Shown here piece after piece: positions 1 to 12,926 of a stretch of 64,000 bases of DNA. Under the pieces are notes generated by a model, which saw only the letters and a program-made list of their open reading frames with translations, had not been told where the DNA came from and searched no databases. Source of the stretch: Psilocybe cubensis (taxonomy: Eukaryota); contig CM039006.1 in the NCBI GenBank assembly GCA_017499595.2, forward strand, positions 1,860,001-1,924,000. Reading direction: 5' to 3'. Position 1 is the stretch's first letter; each line of letters begins with the position of its first letter. The position numbers and the translations under genes are program-made.

Positions 1-2487
1 TCAGTAGAATTTTTGTCAATCATGTTGCTGGGTTGATATAGGATCTTGAACACTGCTTCCGTGATCTTCGCCTGCCATGCCGGATGGTGAGTCACCTCGA
101 TATTGGCTCGGGGTAGCGTCAAAATAACGTTCCTTCAAAATTCAGGTATTACCTTATTACAAATGGATCACCAAAGCTGTCGATTTGGTAGGTCGACGTA
201 TTCCAAGGATCGTCCGAGTTTGCATGTTGACGCAATATTAATAGGAGTCTCAACGTTGAATTAGCGCTATCTGTCAGTTGTCATGTCCTCGGCGGGTGTA
301 ATACATACTCAATGACGTACACAGATGCTTATGTCTGCACTTACCGAAACGTAAGGGAACATATTATTTTGCATGTGATGCCAATGTATTAACGACAAGT
401 TAGATTCCTTGCTCTCCGTGTATACAAACGTACGGCGGCTATCTTCTCCCTCAAACGCGTTATGGTATTAAATGAACAATTTAGTTAGCGGCAATAATGT
501 TTGGCTTACAGGAATATTAGTGAGCCATACGTCTGACATGATTCGTTGACATATCAGCGCTGACAGACGCCTTTCTTATGTTCTTGTAGCTTGCGCTAGT
601 GTTGCTACATTTCGGTAAGTGGCACGGCACATTGTTTTGGAAATCTCGCAATGATTGACTGGTCTCCGTAAATGCAGGTAGTGGCGAAGGTAACAACCTA
701 AAGCCGAGTCATTTGTTGGACGTGACTAATGGCGATGGAAATACAGTGGCTGCTATTGAGTTGCTACTTTTGAAGAAACATGCTATGGTTACAAGTGTCA
801 AGGTCAGCGCTGATTTACTGGGTTCCTTTGGTCGACTCTAAAGCGTTTCTGATTCTGGATGAAGGTACCGACGATCCTTCGTTTGAGCAGTGCTGCATTC
901 TGCGATACGGCAATAGCAGTCTCACTTTCCTATTACTTACACACGAAAAGGACCGGTTTTAAGAGGTTTGGAGTAATCTCTGGCGCCGCATCCATCATCG
1001 GGGCTAACGTCTTTCAATCAATCCATTAGAAGCGATGAAATGATCGATTATCTGATTCTTTTCTCAATAAACTCTGGCCTAATGCTCAGGTAAATGAAAC
1101 ATCTTGAAAGTGTCTTTTGTCGATGTATTCAAGTTGTGTGTGCTCAGCGCGACCTCGCTTGGATCGTTAATTTTGGTGAGAGCGGCTATTATGGTCTTCC
1201 TGAGAAAATTTTGACTTTGTGGCAGTACATCGTCGTTCCCAGTACCTGGGTATACATTGCATTTTGCTTCTTACTCAGCCGGTGTAAGTATTTCTTTCAA
1301 ATTTGTTATTTCGCCATTCACAAAAACTGATTTTCGAAAAGTGTATGCCACCACATTCCTTTCTTCGTAAGCCACAAACATCATCACTTAAATACAATCA
1401 CTTATTGGTACTAATAAACTAGGCTAAACTCTCGACAAATATTATTTAACGACACCTTTGACGAGAAGGATGGTCCTATTCTGAAAATCAAGCCCTCTAC
1501 CCACATCCGCCATCGCAGTCGACGCTCCAATGTCAATTGGGCGCTCGACCGGCAATCACAAACACCAGATAAAGTGCGTGATATGTGATATTACAAGACA
1601 AACGACTGGGTTCTCATATGCAATAAATTAAACAGACCCCTACTCAGATCTATGTGGTGACGGAAACTATTACAGACAACGTCCCTCAACACTTGAACGC
1701 TGGGTTGGTGCCAGTGAGTAGACCTAACTTTATTCAATACAAGCAAGAAGCGTCGACTGATGCGTGATTCCTTCATGATTAGATTAGTAGGAGTCCGATA
1801 GACGTATCTGTGAAAGAACTACCGGAAACTTCTTCATCTGCTGGTAGTGACTCTGAGTCTCAGAGTGGCGATTCTTCCGAGTCTATGTAGCAGCATGGGA
1901 TTTATCATTTGCCAATATATACCCGTGATGCCTGACTGTGCGGTCAAGTTGAGTTCGTGGCTGCGATCTATTTATTTCTAGTCGATTTTCCTTGCCCAAT
2001 TCCTACTACTAAAGACAGTGGCGACTTCGATTTTCGAGGGTCCTTAGTGGACTTGTGCTTCGTTATACCAATAATTATACCTATTTAAATGGGAGTAGTT
2101 ATCATGTCATTTATATAAATTCGACGACACCTTTTCTACTTTTCAGATTTCTGGACTGTTGTCTGCTGTTGTACGGATTGTTGATGCGAACTATACGTAA
2201 TTAAACGAGTACTACTAGCGTGATCAAATTGCCAATTGGCGCGTGTCAATAGACTCAATTATAGCACAGCCACCACGGATATCGCAACTTGCGTTGTGCA
2301 ACCGACGACAACAGAAGGTAACGGCCCAGCACTTCACATTTTGTGGGCAGGGCGATAGACTTGTTGTATATTCCACATACCCAAGGCTTATATTTGGCCT
2401 TGCTGACCCTGCTTCTGACAACGAAACATCGTGTTCCAGTGCTTAAACTGATTACACCGACTATAATCACGAAAAACCGTCGATTTC

Positions 2488-4773
2488 ATGCAAGCCCAAC
2501 CCGGAAGCAGATCCCCTCGTTTCCATTTGCTCCTATCTTTTTTGATCGTCTTATCTCTCCCTCATCTCATTGGCGCGGAAAGCATCCTCGGAGACAATAA
2601 CACCTGCGACAACGCACACATCCTCGAGCGCAACGCCGACTGTGACCCCCAACGCGCTGCCATGACATGGAATACGACGAAAGAGACCACAGCGAATACC
2701 GGTGCGAAGATGTATGGCTATAGATACCCCCAGGTGCCGCTTGAGGTGGATAATTATCCTGTAGGGCCCGAGGGTTTGCAGTTGGAACAAGTACATGTGT
2801 ATGTTAGACACGGTGCGTTGCCATAGCCCTCGAATTTTTTTTCACGCTTCATTTTTCCGTTTTGTCCACATAGGAGAACGAACACCCGTAGGGGTGCGGC
2901 TGACGGACCCCCCTGCATCGATACCGGAGTATTGGATGATGTGCAAGACTGCGCGCCGTTTTCGTGCCGCTGTATCGAGTGCACTTGGACCTAGCCCTAA
3001 TCAAGCCCCCCATTTGTCTGTGAGAAATGATGAGCTGGAAGAGACACTGCAAACCCAGAAGGTTGTAGAGAGGAAAGACGGGACATTAGTAGAAGGAGAA
3101 TGGTATGCGTTTTTTGCCGTAAAAGTCATAAGCCGCTTACATCTCCCATTTCCTAGCTTGTTGGGTGAACTCACTGACCTCGGCAGACAAGTAGGCATCG
3201 TTTCATTATCCTGTGGGTTGTAATTCATATGTTACAGTCAACATACAGTTTCGGGCAAAACCTACGCCGGCTATACGTGGAAAGGTATGTAGAATCTTTG
3301 TTTGGGAATCAATTTGCTGACTGTCACAGATTAGGCTTCATTCCCGACACTCTACCATCTTCTGACATTGTATACTTCCGGTTTGTGAAACTGCTTAGCC
3401 TTTTACGCATTTTTTTTTACACAAATCTTCTATAACCAGGAGTACCAACATGCCCCGAACGATAGAATCTCTTCAACAAGTAGTACATGGCCTGTACCCC
3501 ACAAATAAATGCCTAGATGGTGCCCAGCCGCCTTTACGTATCAGGTATGAAACTCCCCAAGTCGCTCAAAATATTGTTATGAACGTCATTATTAGGAATG
3601 GAAAAGACGAAAACCTAATAGGTAATACCTACGCCTGCAAGCGCCTAGAGATTTTGCAAGCCGGATTTGCCAACGGTATAATGATTCTTGACTACCTCTG
3701 TATTGTTGTATTGCTGAACCTCCTTGGGTGATGTAGCGGCTGCTCAAGCGTACAATAGAAGTCTTGAACGTCTAGATAAGAAAGTTTCCAAATACCTGAA
3801 TGGTAACCCAATACGCGTGGACGGGAAACCTAGGGCGTCTGGGATAATGGATACGGTACGGTGCATGATAGTATCATCACGGGTGACTGCTGTTCTGATG
3901 TTAATCATTTTTGAAGATTCGAGCTTCAATTGCACATGGAATCAAAGTCCCACCAGAGTTCGAGGACAAGACTATCGTAGATGTCATAGTACGTAATACA
4001 AACTCAACAAGTATCCGCGCAGTCTCAAGTGTCTGGTAATACTAACAGGAGCAAGCAGTCGTAAGTGAATGGTATTCAGGTAGGCCATCCTGTCAGTCAG
4101 AGTATATCATTTAGTTTATCCTGCCATATTTTATAGGATGTATGCTCGACCCTTTTCCTCCCCTATGGTCACCCGCTGAGGACAATCTACGCATTAGATA
4201 AAACGGAAGAAGTCCGTCGACTTGCCATGGGCCGTTTGTTGGACGACATGTCGCGTAAAATGCAGACCAAAATCCAACAGAGGGAAGCAGATCCTTTGAA
4301 AATTCTCGTTCATAGTACACATGATACTGCAATCGCTGGCCTTTGCTCCACATTTGACGTTTTTGACGACAAGTAATTCTCGTTTTTTGATATTCCAGCC
4401 TTTGTTGAGCACTCCCTTCATAGGTGGCCGGCTTTCACAGCGTCAATCACATTTGAGCTTTTCAAAACTCGGGAACCAGAGTCCGACCAAACACGCTCGC
4501 AATCAATCTTAACACGGATGGGATCGCCTTCCTCTTCTTCGCAATACTGTTCGTTTCTTTCATCCTTCTTGTCTGCTCACTACTTACGCCTACCTGCTAG
4601 ACGTCCGGATGCGGCACCAGAACAAGGACATGACTCTCCCTATATGCGCACAGAGTGGTAACCATTTAGAAGGTCACCCTGAGTTCTGCACGTTCTCTGC
4701 GTTCAAAGCACGTGTCAAAGAGCTGACTCCCACAGAATGGGACGATGAATGTTTACCAGCTGGAAAGCCCTAA
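2488..4773 (+). CDS. Histidine acid phosphatase (His_Phos_2 type), multi-exon host gene
   Basis: Splicing gives VHVYVRHG|ERTP (RHGxRxP motif), GELTDLGRQ, FR|STNMPRTIESL and STHDTAI (HD motif, ~4320). Many ~50-nt GT-AG introns; stop TAA at 4771-4773. Start uncertain (ATG 2488 with a hydrophobic N-terminus, or ATG 2662). Confidence 0.9.
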
Positions 4774-5381
4774 ATACTGACTACCTGGATGGATTTTGAC
4801 GTCCAGAATGTTAAACTCAATCGTATGTAGCATCAGACAATCGGACCGGAATGTGCAGCCGGGTACGTCTTGTTACTTTTGTTTCGTCAGAGACTTCAAG
4901 TCTAGTTTTCTGCTACATATTGAGCAGGTTTCCGAACTTTGTCTATCTTACGAATGTCTAAAGGCTTACTCTATTAAGAGCCATATTTTGCTTATCATAT
5001 TATTTCCCTGAAGTATTGGAGTGATACCAAACTGAAGCGCATGGTTATTTTTATTTTCCGCTTCCCCATATCCCCCTATCTCAATGGGCGCTTAATTGAT
5101 CGGACTTGGATCGTTGAATCAACATACCCCGTTCCGTCATTCCTTTCCCTCATTCGTTGTTAGTACAACCTACCACTTATGATTCACTGGACACCGTATT
5201 AACCAAGTTAAAGTTAAACTTTTAAATAAAATTTTACTTAAACTTTTACTTTTGAGACATGCAATTTGTATTTGTAGTTGTTATAAACTATGAGTACGGT
5301 CTCAAATATCACTCTGGTCCATTCCTACCTTTCTTCTCCTACAGCACCCACCCGTCGCTCTGCCTATCCATTTTATCAACG

Positions 5382-6526
5382 ATGCCTCCCCGTTTGTCTA
5401 TTTCCGCTTCACCCAACCTCCCACCGAACCCAGCACCTCCCCGATACATCAACAAGACGCAGAATGAGATCATTGCCTCTATGACCTCAGGAAAACCACT
5501 TATTCACTACCACCCTGCCCCTGCTGGTGGGCACCCGCCCATTGTCCGAGTACCAAACAACAAGTCGGTTTGGGATGAATCATTGTGGAACACATCGGAG
5601 GTCTCTGATGCAGTGAGTCAAACATCTCCCAGCCCAGAGTAATATGTTAACATTTCTGGTCTTCAGCAACGTGGAACCAAGGGCGAATGCCAGAAGAAAT
5701 TTTGTGTAGGTCCCACTTCCCATGTGTTATTTTGTCAGAACCAGGTCATCATCGTATTGCAGCTAGACGACAAGGATATGCTCGACTTGTGCTGGATAGA
5801 CGGACCAGTTAATATATACGGCAGAGCATCGCACATGTACTTGTTAGTTGAAGTAGAACGTCGTGCATGGGAGAAGTACGGGGGCCCGCAAGGACTGAAG
5901 GCTCACCGAAAATTGTAAGTCAAGCTATACATTCGAATGTAACCAATGGAAAGGCTGACGCACGTTTGCTCACAACAGGCCTATACCCGAGCGGAAAGCT
6001 GCCAAACTCATGGCTCGTAAGTTACACAAAGAACTTGTAAGACGTACAGCAATCCGTGTAATTTACCCAAGTCTAATGGATAGTATAGCAACTCGCCGTC
6101 CCATCAGCCGTTGCCGAGGCAGGCCAACCAAATAGTCCAACTAATCAACAAACTGCAAGAAGACGGGCGCATCGAAGAAGATTTTCAGATGCGTCTGTCG
6201 ACTACGTTGAAATAATATCACAGCGTAACGTCCCTGGGCCGTCGTCTTCACCAATCTCGGCGGTCAACACCTCGTCACCTGCATCTGCGCCATATACATC
6301 TCCTCCAGATACTCCTGGACCCTCTACGCCTGTTCGTACACCGAAATCTAATAGACACGTCAGGAAACCATACAATACCCCCATTCGCCGTGGAGGTCAT
6401 CAATCATCTTGCAGTCCAATTAAAAGCGACTCGAGGCGTGTTGAGATCGACTTGACGATTGAACCTGAAGATGATGTTTTCTCGCGCTTCCATACCGAAC
6501 AAGATATAATCGAAATATCCGACTAA
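5382..6526 (+). CDS. Hypothetical protein with XPA C-terminal-like segment and disordered S/P-rich tail
   Basis: Exons read MPPRLSIS...; LDDKDMLDLCW...MYLLVEVERRAWEKYGG resembles the XPA/Rad14 C-terminal helix. The last exon is open 6089-6526. One splice junction (~6017-6088) could not be resolved. Confidence 0.5.
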
Positions 6527-6893
6527 GATCTGCGCGGCGGCTAACCAGTCACTTCTTAATTCTGTAATGTCTACGTTGTATATAACTTGCTACCATCTGC
6601 GCCGTTCTCTTCCAATACGCTTTCCTGTCGGTTTGTGACTTGACTTGGATATTTGCGACCCTCCTTTCCATGTAGTATTGAACTTTGACAGAATACCTGT
6701 CAGAATTATCCTCCTTATCTATCTGTATCTGATTTTAAACCTGTTCAATATACTTGACTAGTATATTGGTTTGTACTCGGAAAAGCAAACACGGGACTGT
6801 CCAAGGTAAAATGTCAAGGCTATTTCAATACGATAAAAGTGTCCAAGAAATTGAAACATGTCCGAGCGCAATATTCTCTGACTATCTTTGAAC

Positions 6894-6959
6894 CTATTGA
6901 AGAGGGTATATTATCTCGACTTTACCATTATGCCCGCTGTTCACATCGATCGAGCACCC
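6894..6959 (-). pseudogene. Detached C-terminal 21 codons plus stop of the secreted-protein gene at 27247-28219
   Basis: Removing Copia-1 and one AAATC copy gives in-frame ...TDTADGF-GCSIDVNSGHNGKVEIIYPLQ*. Confidence 0.8.
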
Positions 6960-6964
6960 AAATC

Positions 6965-7145
6965 TGTTGGAATGATAGTCGGCGAGCGACTTCGTCGCTA
7001 AGTCATTATCTTTCTATTGTAGTTTATCTTATCATATTTTTTCTAGATCATTCTACTACAGGTTCCGTAGCTACTGTAGGTACAGGTGTATAGTTACGTC
7101 GTGAATCGATATCTTTTACCACCACTGCGCATTATACTTACAACA
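6965..7145 (+). repeat. Copia-1 5' LTR (181 bp)
   Basis: TGTTGG...CAACA; direct repeat identical to 27066-27246. Confidence 0.97.
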
Positions 7146-7157
7146 GGTTATGAGCCC
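7146..7157 (+). promoter_or_regulatory. Primer-binding site GGTTATGAGCCC (internal tRNA-iMet, half-tRNA type)
   Basis: Directly abuts the LTR and lacks TGG; same type as the Ty5 and Drosophila copia PBS. Confidence 0.85.
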
Positions 7158-7240
7158 CGAGAGGTCATAACTAAAGCTCGCTTTGTTCTAAACTCGTTCT
7201 ATTCTTATCGATCTATATCTAAACTTGTACTCGACGTCAA

Positions 7241-9307
7241 ATGGCTGACTCGACAACCGCGGAAGTCAACATCGGCGGATATCGCATTGACACACTGAAG
7301 GCCCACAATTGGATGCCGTGGAAGCGGCGCATGCTAGCAGTACTGGTGGACCTCGGACTGGAGAAATACGTGGACGGCACGTCGCTTCGACCAGGATCAG
7401 CGAAACCGAACGCACCCACGGCGGAAGAAATCGCAGCTCAGACAGCGTGGGATAAGGGAGATGCGAAAGCGCGATGCAGGATTGAACTCGCGTTAAGCGA
7501 TGCGGAGATGGTACACGTCCTGGGAGCGCGCACAGCACGCGAGATGTGGACGCAGTTGTGCACAGTGAAGGAATCCAAGGGACGACTCGGTGTTTTGGCG
7601 ACACGACGAGCACTTTTCCGGGCAACCGCAGAGGAGGGATGCGACATGGCAGAGCATATCGCAAAGCTACGTCAATTCCAGGAGGAGCTGCACATCATGG
7701 GCAGCATTGTTTCGGACGAAGATTTCGTCATGATTTTGCTCACCTCGTTGCCGGAATCTTGGGAGAATTATGCGTCATCCTTTTTGGGCTCGAGCGGGAA
7801 TCGTCCTACGCTCACTTCGCAAGAGCTCGTTGGTGTTCTCCTTGAAGAAGCTCGTCGTCGGAAGGAGCGTGGAGGTGATGGTGCCGGAGGGACTACGCTT
7901 CAAGTTCGTGGAGGTCAAGGGTCGTCGGATGGAAAGGGTAATGGTTCGAGGGATGGCAGCGGCGGGAAGGAGTGCTATAATTGCCACAAGATGGGGCACA
8001 TTTCGAAGGATTGCTGGGCGAAGGGCGGAGGTCGTGAAGGAAAGGGTCCGAGGGGGCGGAAGACGAAGAATAGAGGGCGGACAAATCAGGCTCGGGAGGA
8101 CGTCAACACTACGCTCAACGATGAGGTTGCGTACCACACGTACTCGACGTCGAACTTCTCTCGTTACGACTGGCTTTACGATTCTGCAACCACCAGTTAC
8201 GTTTGTCCCGTCCGTGAAGCCTTCATTGAGTATACGCCACTCGTTAATTCCTCTGTTCGTGGTGTCGGAAAGAGTCCAGCTATCATTGCAGGCCGCGGAA
8301 CAGTCATCCTCAACTTCGATGTCGACGGGCAGACGATTACTCATCGTTTGAAAGACGTTTTACACATCCCTGAAGCTGAAAATGCTTTGATGTCGCTCGG
8401 AAGGTTTGAGAGGGATGGGAGGAGCTCGTCGTTTAAGAATGGGAAGGTTCTTTTGATGGATGCGAAGGATAAGGTTATTGGAAAAGGGTCGAAACGCGGT
8501 CAGATGTATATTCTTCACGCTCGCGCTCAGCTTAATTCAGGGGAACAGGTCAACTACGTCTCGCCAAAACTCACCTGGGATCAATGGCATCGTTGTTTTG
8601 GCCATATCTCAGTGTCGTCGTTGCAGAAACTCGTCCGGAACGATCTCGTCGTTGGTCTTTCCGTGGACGAAACGTCTATTCCATCCCCATCGTGCGAGGC
8701 GTGCATCCAAGCGAAGCAGACGCATAAACCTTTCCCTGGAGAAGCAGAAAATCAATCCACGGTTCCTGGAGAGCGAACCATGAGCGACGTATGGGGTCCT
8801 ATTGGAACACGCTCGGTAAATGGATTTTATTACTACATTACGTTTATGGACGACGCAAAGCGATACAATGGCGTGGTTTTCTTGAAGGACAAGAAGGAGG
8901 CGGCGAAGGCGATTGAGAATCATGGGGAGCGAGTGAAGAGGAGGTTTGGGCAGTATCCGAGGTACATTCGCATGGACAATGGCAAGGAACTCGTGAACGA
9001 GCGGATTAAGAAGTGGGCGGCGGAGAGAGGCATTGAAATCGAGACGACGGCGCCATATTCCCCATCTCAGAACGGCGTCGCAGAGCGCTACAATCGTACG
9101 CTGTTGGAGCTAGCACGTGCGATGATTATTGCGAAGAATTTACCTCTCTTTCTCTGGGACGAAGCGGTCAATTACGCGAATTATTTACGCAACCGCGCGC
9201 CTACTCGAGCACTCGACGACAAGACACCATATGAAGGCTGGCATAACAAGAAACCAGACGTTTCTCACCTTCGGGAGTTCGGATGCGATGTATGGGTGTT
9301 AGACGAG
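7241..9307 (+). CDS. Copia-1 polyprotein, 5' part (gag, CCHC knuckle, protease, GAG-pre-integrase, integrase core)
   Basis: CYNCHKMGHISKDC; WLYDSATT; WHRCFGH; CEAC; RMDNGKE; SQNGVAERYNRTL; FGCDVWV. Broken at 9307 by KDZ-1. Confidence 0.95.
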
Positions 9308-9625
9308 CACATAAGACAGTTTATTTATAACGTACATTACCTAAGATTTAATAATAAGGATATTACGTGAGACACGGTGGATTTACTTCCGCTACCTAAT
9401 TAGGAGATTAGCGTGATGTACGTGTGATTTAGCCTGGCAAATCATAGCGTACATGACGTGCCATTTAGCGCTAAATGGAGCCGCCGGGTGGCCTGCGGGA
9501 TCCGCGCGTCTACCTACACGGAAGAAACACGGGCCGGAAATGAGCCGGACGGGTCCATTTGCATCCCGTGTATTGCAAGCAGACGGATCCGCTTGACCCG
9601 TGTTGTGCTGTCAGACGGACCCATT
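9308..9625 (+). repeat. KDZ-1 left TIR (318 bp)
   Basis: Reverse complement of 24631-24948 with 3 mismatches seen; contains the palindrome CCATTTAGCGCTAAATGG at 9461-9478. Confidence 0.95.
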
Positions 9626-9750
9626 CATCCATCCGCTTCTGTATTCCGACAAATATCCGCCTTGAATCGTACATTGGATGACCGTTAATATATGTAATAA
9701 GGTGTATAGATTATACTGGCAGCAAATTTCTTTCCACATACCCTGATAGT

Positions 9751-11030
9751 ATGGATTATGCCTTTGAGCTAACCCAATCCCTCTCAAACTACATGAAGGC
9801 AAAGATAGCTAGTCGTCTTTGGCATGCAGAACTGCCTAATCAAATCCGGGAAAACTTCAGTGCTGAGACCATGTTTGAGTGCAATCTAGCTGTGGAGGTG
9901 ATTTTGCAGGCATTTGAAAATCAAGGTATGCAATCAATAAGCTTTGAAAATTGAGATTAAATAATGTGTGAATGGCAGAATATACGACGTGGGATGCAGA
10001 AGAATATTTGACCCATCTCAGCGCACGTTGCACGGGTCAGAATTCTGCCGTTGAGGCTCGCCTGAAAGACCAGTTTCCTCCGGTGCATTCCACGTTACAG
10101 TACCAAACCCTGCCCGGAACTGTAATCGATAGTGCAGGCAACATATTGGTGTGGTACCTGCCAGGTATTTTGTCAGAGACAAGGGTGGTGAGTTTTAGAA
10201 ACGGACCGATTAATTCCTATATTATGCGTTCTAAAGAGTAACAGGAGAGTGTGTGGAATTCATTACGGGATATTGAAACAATGATTCACAAGGCGGCACC
10301 TTTGGCCACAAGCTGGAGGGTCAATGACAGTTACTTTCGACATGAGCCAGGTTGGCTTCAACCTGGAAATCTTAACTTTTCCCCGGCATGGTTTCAGCAA
10401 GGCCATGAGGTGAGAAACTTGTTTGCTAAGTATTATACTGCCTCATATTTTCCTCAGACGTCCAACCCGCTTGAGGTCTCCTTGGACTTGTGTAATCCTA
10501 TTGGACAGGAGTTTATACGAGACATGATGACATCTTCGGCTTTGCTGGGAGCCATCTTGAGCATTATACACCCCGAGCAGTACCGGGCGGGAATAAAATT
10601 TCTTCAACGGCTTGCTGCGGAACCGGAGTTCGTCCATAAGGCCGAAATATTGAAGCAAATTCTCACAATATGGAGTTCGCCCTTTGGAGTCATGACCGCC
10701 ATCAGCAACCGAGATACACCGTACCATCGGGATAATGGGTCATGCTACTCATGGTACGATTTTTTGATGCCACTTGGGAAGGGTGAACACGGACGGCTTG
10801 AGCTTCCTGGCCTTGGACTTCGGTACAAGTATGATCCCATGACCCTTGTTGCAATTACTGGCAGGTTGCTTCAACACGGCGCGGTGTGCGAGGGAGATAG
10901 GGCAGTCATAGTCTATTACATGCGTAGGAATGTATTTAAAGAGCTGGGAGTCCAAGAGGCGGGATGGTCTACTACGTACGATCTTTTTGCAAATTTACCG
11001 GCCACCAACACTTTTGATTTTGAAATATGA
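9751..11030 (+). CDS. TET/JBP-like 2-oxoglutarate/Fe(II) dioxygenase (4 exons)
   Basis: Introns 9926-9978, 10188-10244 and 10410-10457. NRDTPYHRD (HxD), LLQHG (H) and GDRAVIVYYMR (R) form the double-stranded beta-helix pattern. KDZ context is typical of fungal TET/JBP genes. Confidence 0.85.
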
Positions 11031-11106
11031 TCAGTTTTTGACTTGGAAGTTGGGTTTGGGGAAGATTTTTTTATATTTCCAAAACAAAACGGTACGAAAG
11101 CTACAG

Positions 11107-11392
11107 AACAACCAGAATTCTCTGTCCCAGGGTGTTTCCGACGCGCCCGCGCTGAGCTCTTCCAAGGTTACCGGAATCATCGGACTCCGCCGTCGTATTA
11201 CCGGCGGAAAAGGCATCATCCGCCTCCTCTTCGATGTCCTGTGCGAGAGGTGGGCAACTAAGATTCCTCATCCCAGGGTGTTTCCGACACGTCCTCGCTA
11301 AGCTCTTCCGAGTTACCGGAAGCATCTGACTCCTCCGTCGTATCACCGGCGGAAGACTCCACATCCGCCTCCTCTTCAAAGTCCTGTGCGAG
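11107..11392. repeat. Degenerate ~145-bp tandem duplication over the end of the unknown KDZ gene
   Basis: The unit starting CTCGCACAGGAC (minus strand) occurs twice; the second unit lies beyond the stop codon. Mirrored at ~43245-43530. Confidence 0.8.
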
Positions 11393-12882
11393 ATGCTCTA
11401 AAAACGTAGCTGGTGTAGAGGATTCAGTGGTATTGGACGTACTATCAATATCATCCTCTTCTCCCGGGAAAACAGGTCTTGACCTTGCGTTAAAAAGGAA
11501 GGCATTGCTGGTGTGTGCATTTGACGGAGGGCTGACGGAACCGGGAGTAGGCAGAGTATCTGTTGGGAGATGAATATTTGCAGTGTTGGAGGGTGGCGAA
11601 TGATACCAGAGTGGATGAAAAGGTAGTTCCTTGACGGCAATAAAAGAATAAAAAATGTCGTTGATGTAAAATGAAGCGACTTTGAGCTTTGAGACCTCGA
11701 AGGACCGGGCTTGAGCCGTTATAGCGCCCCAACTGTCAGGAGAAGGGTGAACGGGATGCTGAAATTTGTATTTGGCTGAAAGCCCCTTGCCGTTAGAGAA
11801 CGGGTGCTCCTTAGAGTCAATCCACATCTTCTCCAATACAGAATATCTGCCCAAGGCGGCCGAAGAAGTAGTCACTGCTTTATGGGCATTTTTCATTTTG
11901 TCCGCCACATTCCGGCGCAGGTGAGCCAACTCCCTCATTACGCCCGTTAGGATAGGCTGACCGCAGCGGGGACAGTAGGGCGGTCTGTGGTCAGAAATTG
12001 CAATTGGGGATGTTTCATCCCGCGTGTTTGCAACACGGGTCGGCGGATTGGGTTTCCCCGTGGGCGGTGAAAACGCGGAGCCGTGCTTTCCCGTCAACGC
12101 GGATCCGTGCTTCCCCGAGGTGGGGACGGATGTCCGTTCAGCCGCCTTTCCCTTGCCCTTGGGATTGTTTTCCTGATTTCTTGGAGGCCCAGAGGTAGAT
12201 GAACTTGCGCCCTCCTTAGCTTCTTTCCTCTGATTATTTAGCCGGAGTACCTCTTGTTGGTATTCAGGCAGAACCACCTGGTGGGAAGGACGCAAATCAG
12301 ATATAATCCACAGCAATAAAAAAACATACCTTGTTCCAAAATTCTCTTGCTTGCGATTCAACGGTAACAAAGGCAACTTGCCACTCATCGCCTTCAGCAA
12401 ATCCGTCCCTCCACCAATATCCCCAGCTCTTGGTCTGATTTAAAATTTCATCATCTTCCCATGCTGACCAGCTTTGATTTAGAGATTCAAATAGAACAGC
12501 TCGATGGTGGGGAGTTCGGTTCAAAACGGCATGTACGCTCTGATTGAGAATTTCTGATATAAAAAATGGAATATCGACTTGGAATCCATTGACATAGCAG
12601 TATCCGAGTACTCTCAGCAGTATAGCCTGACGACCAGTTCTCAATACAAGATATAATCGTTCAAAATTACTGTCTTACCACCTCCAGGTCGAGCAAATAC
12701 ATCCATTTTTGGCGACGCACGGAGGAAACAGAGTCTCCGTTTGCAATGAACAAATGGTATCCGGCACGGATCCGTGCACCACAAACATGGACATGAACTT
12801 TGGCCAGAGCACGTCGCTCATCATAGGTAAGGAGATGATGTTCGTCCTCGACAGGAGGTTTAAAAAGCCGCGGTAAGTGCAT
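11258..12882 (-). CDS. KDZ cargo protein of unknown function (Trp-rich helical N-terminus, CPRC, acidic tail)
   Basis: Three ORF pieces join in frame across GT-AG introns (LLDLE|AILLR, EFWNK|VVLPE); conserved in both copies. Confidence 0.65.
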
Positions 12883-12926
12883 GAATTCAACGAGATGGGA
12901 TACAACAAGAATGTTCAAAGAACTGG

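Noticed and set aside
1-2450. Possible fragmented membrane-protein gene and short ORFs
   Set aside because: Some splice-like signals and hydrophobic pieces are present, but no consistent stop-free gene model or recognisable motif could be built.
9300-9308. 8-bp TSD as in Zisupton
   Set aside because: Only 7 bp are duplicated at both insertion sites.
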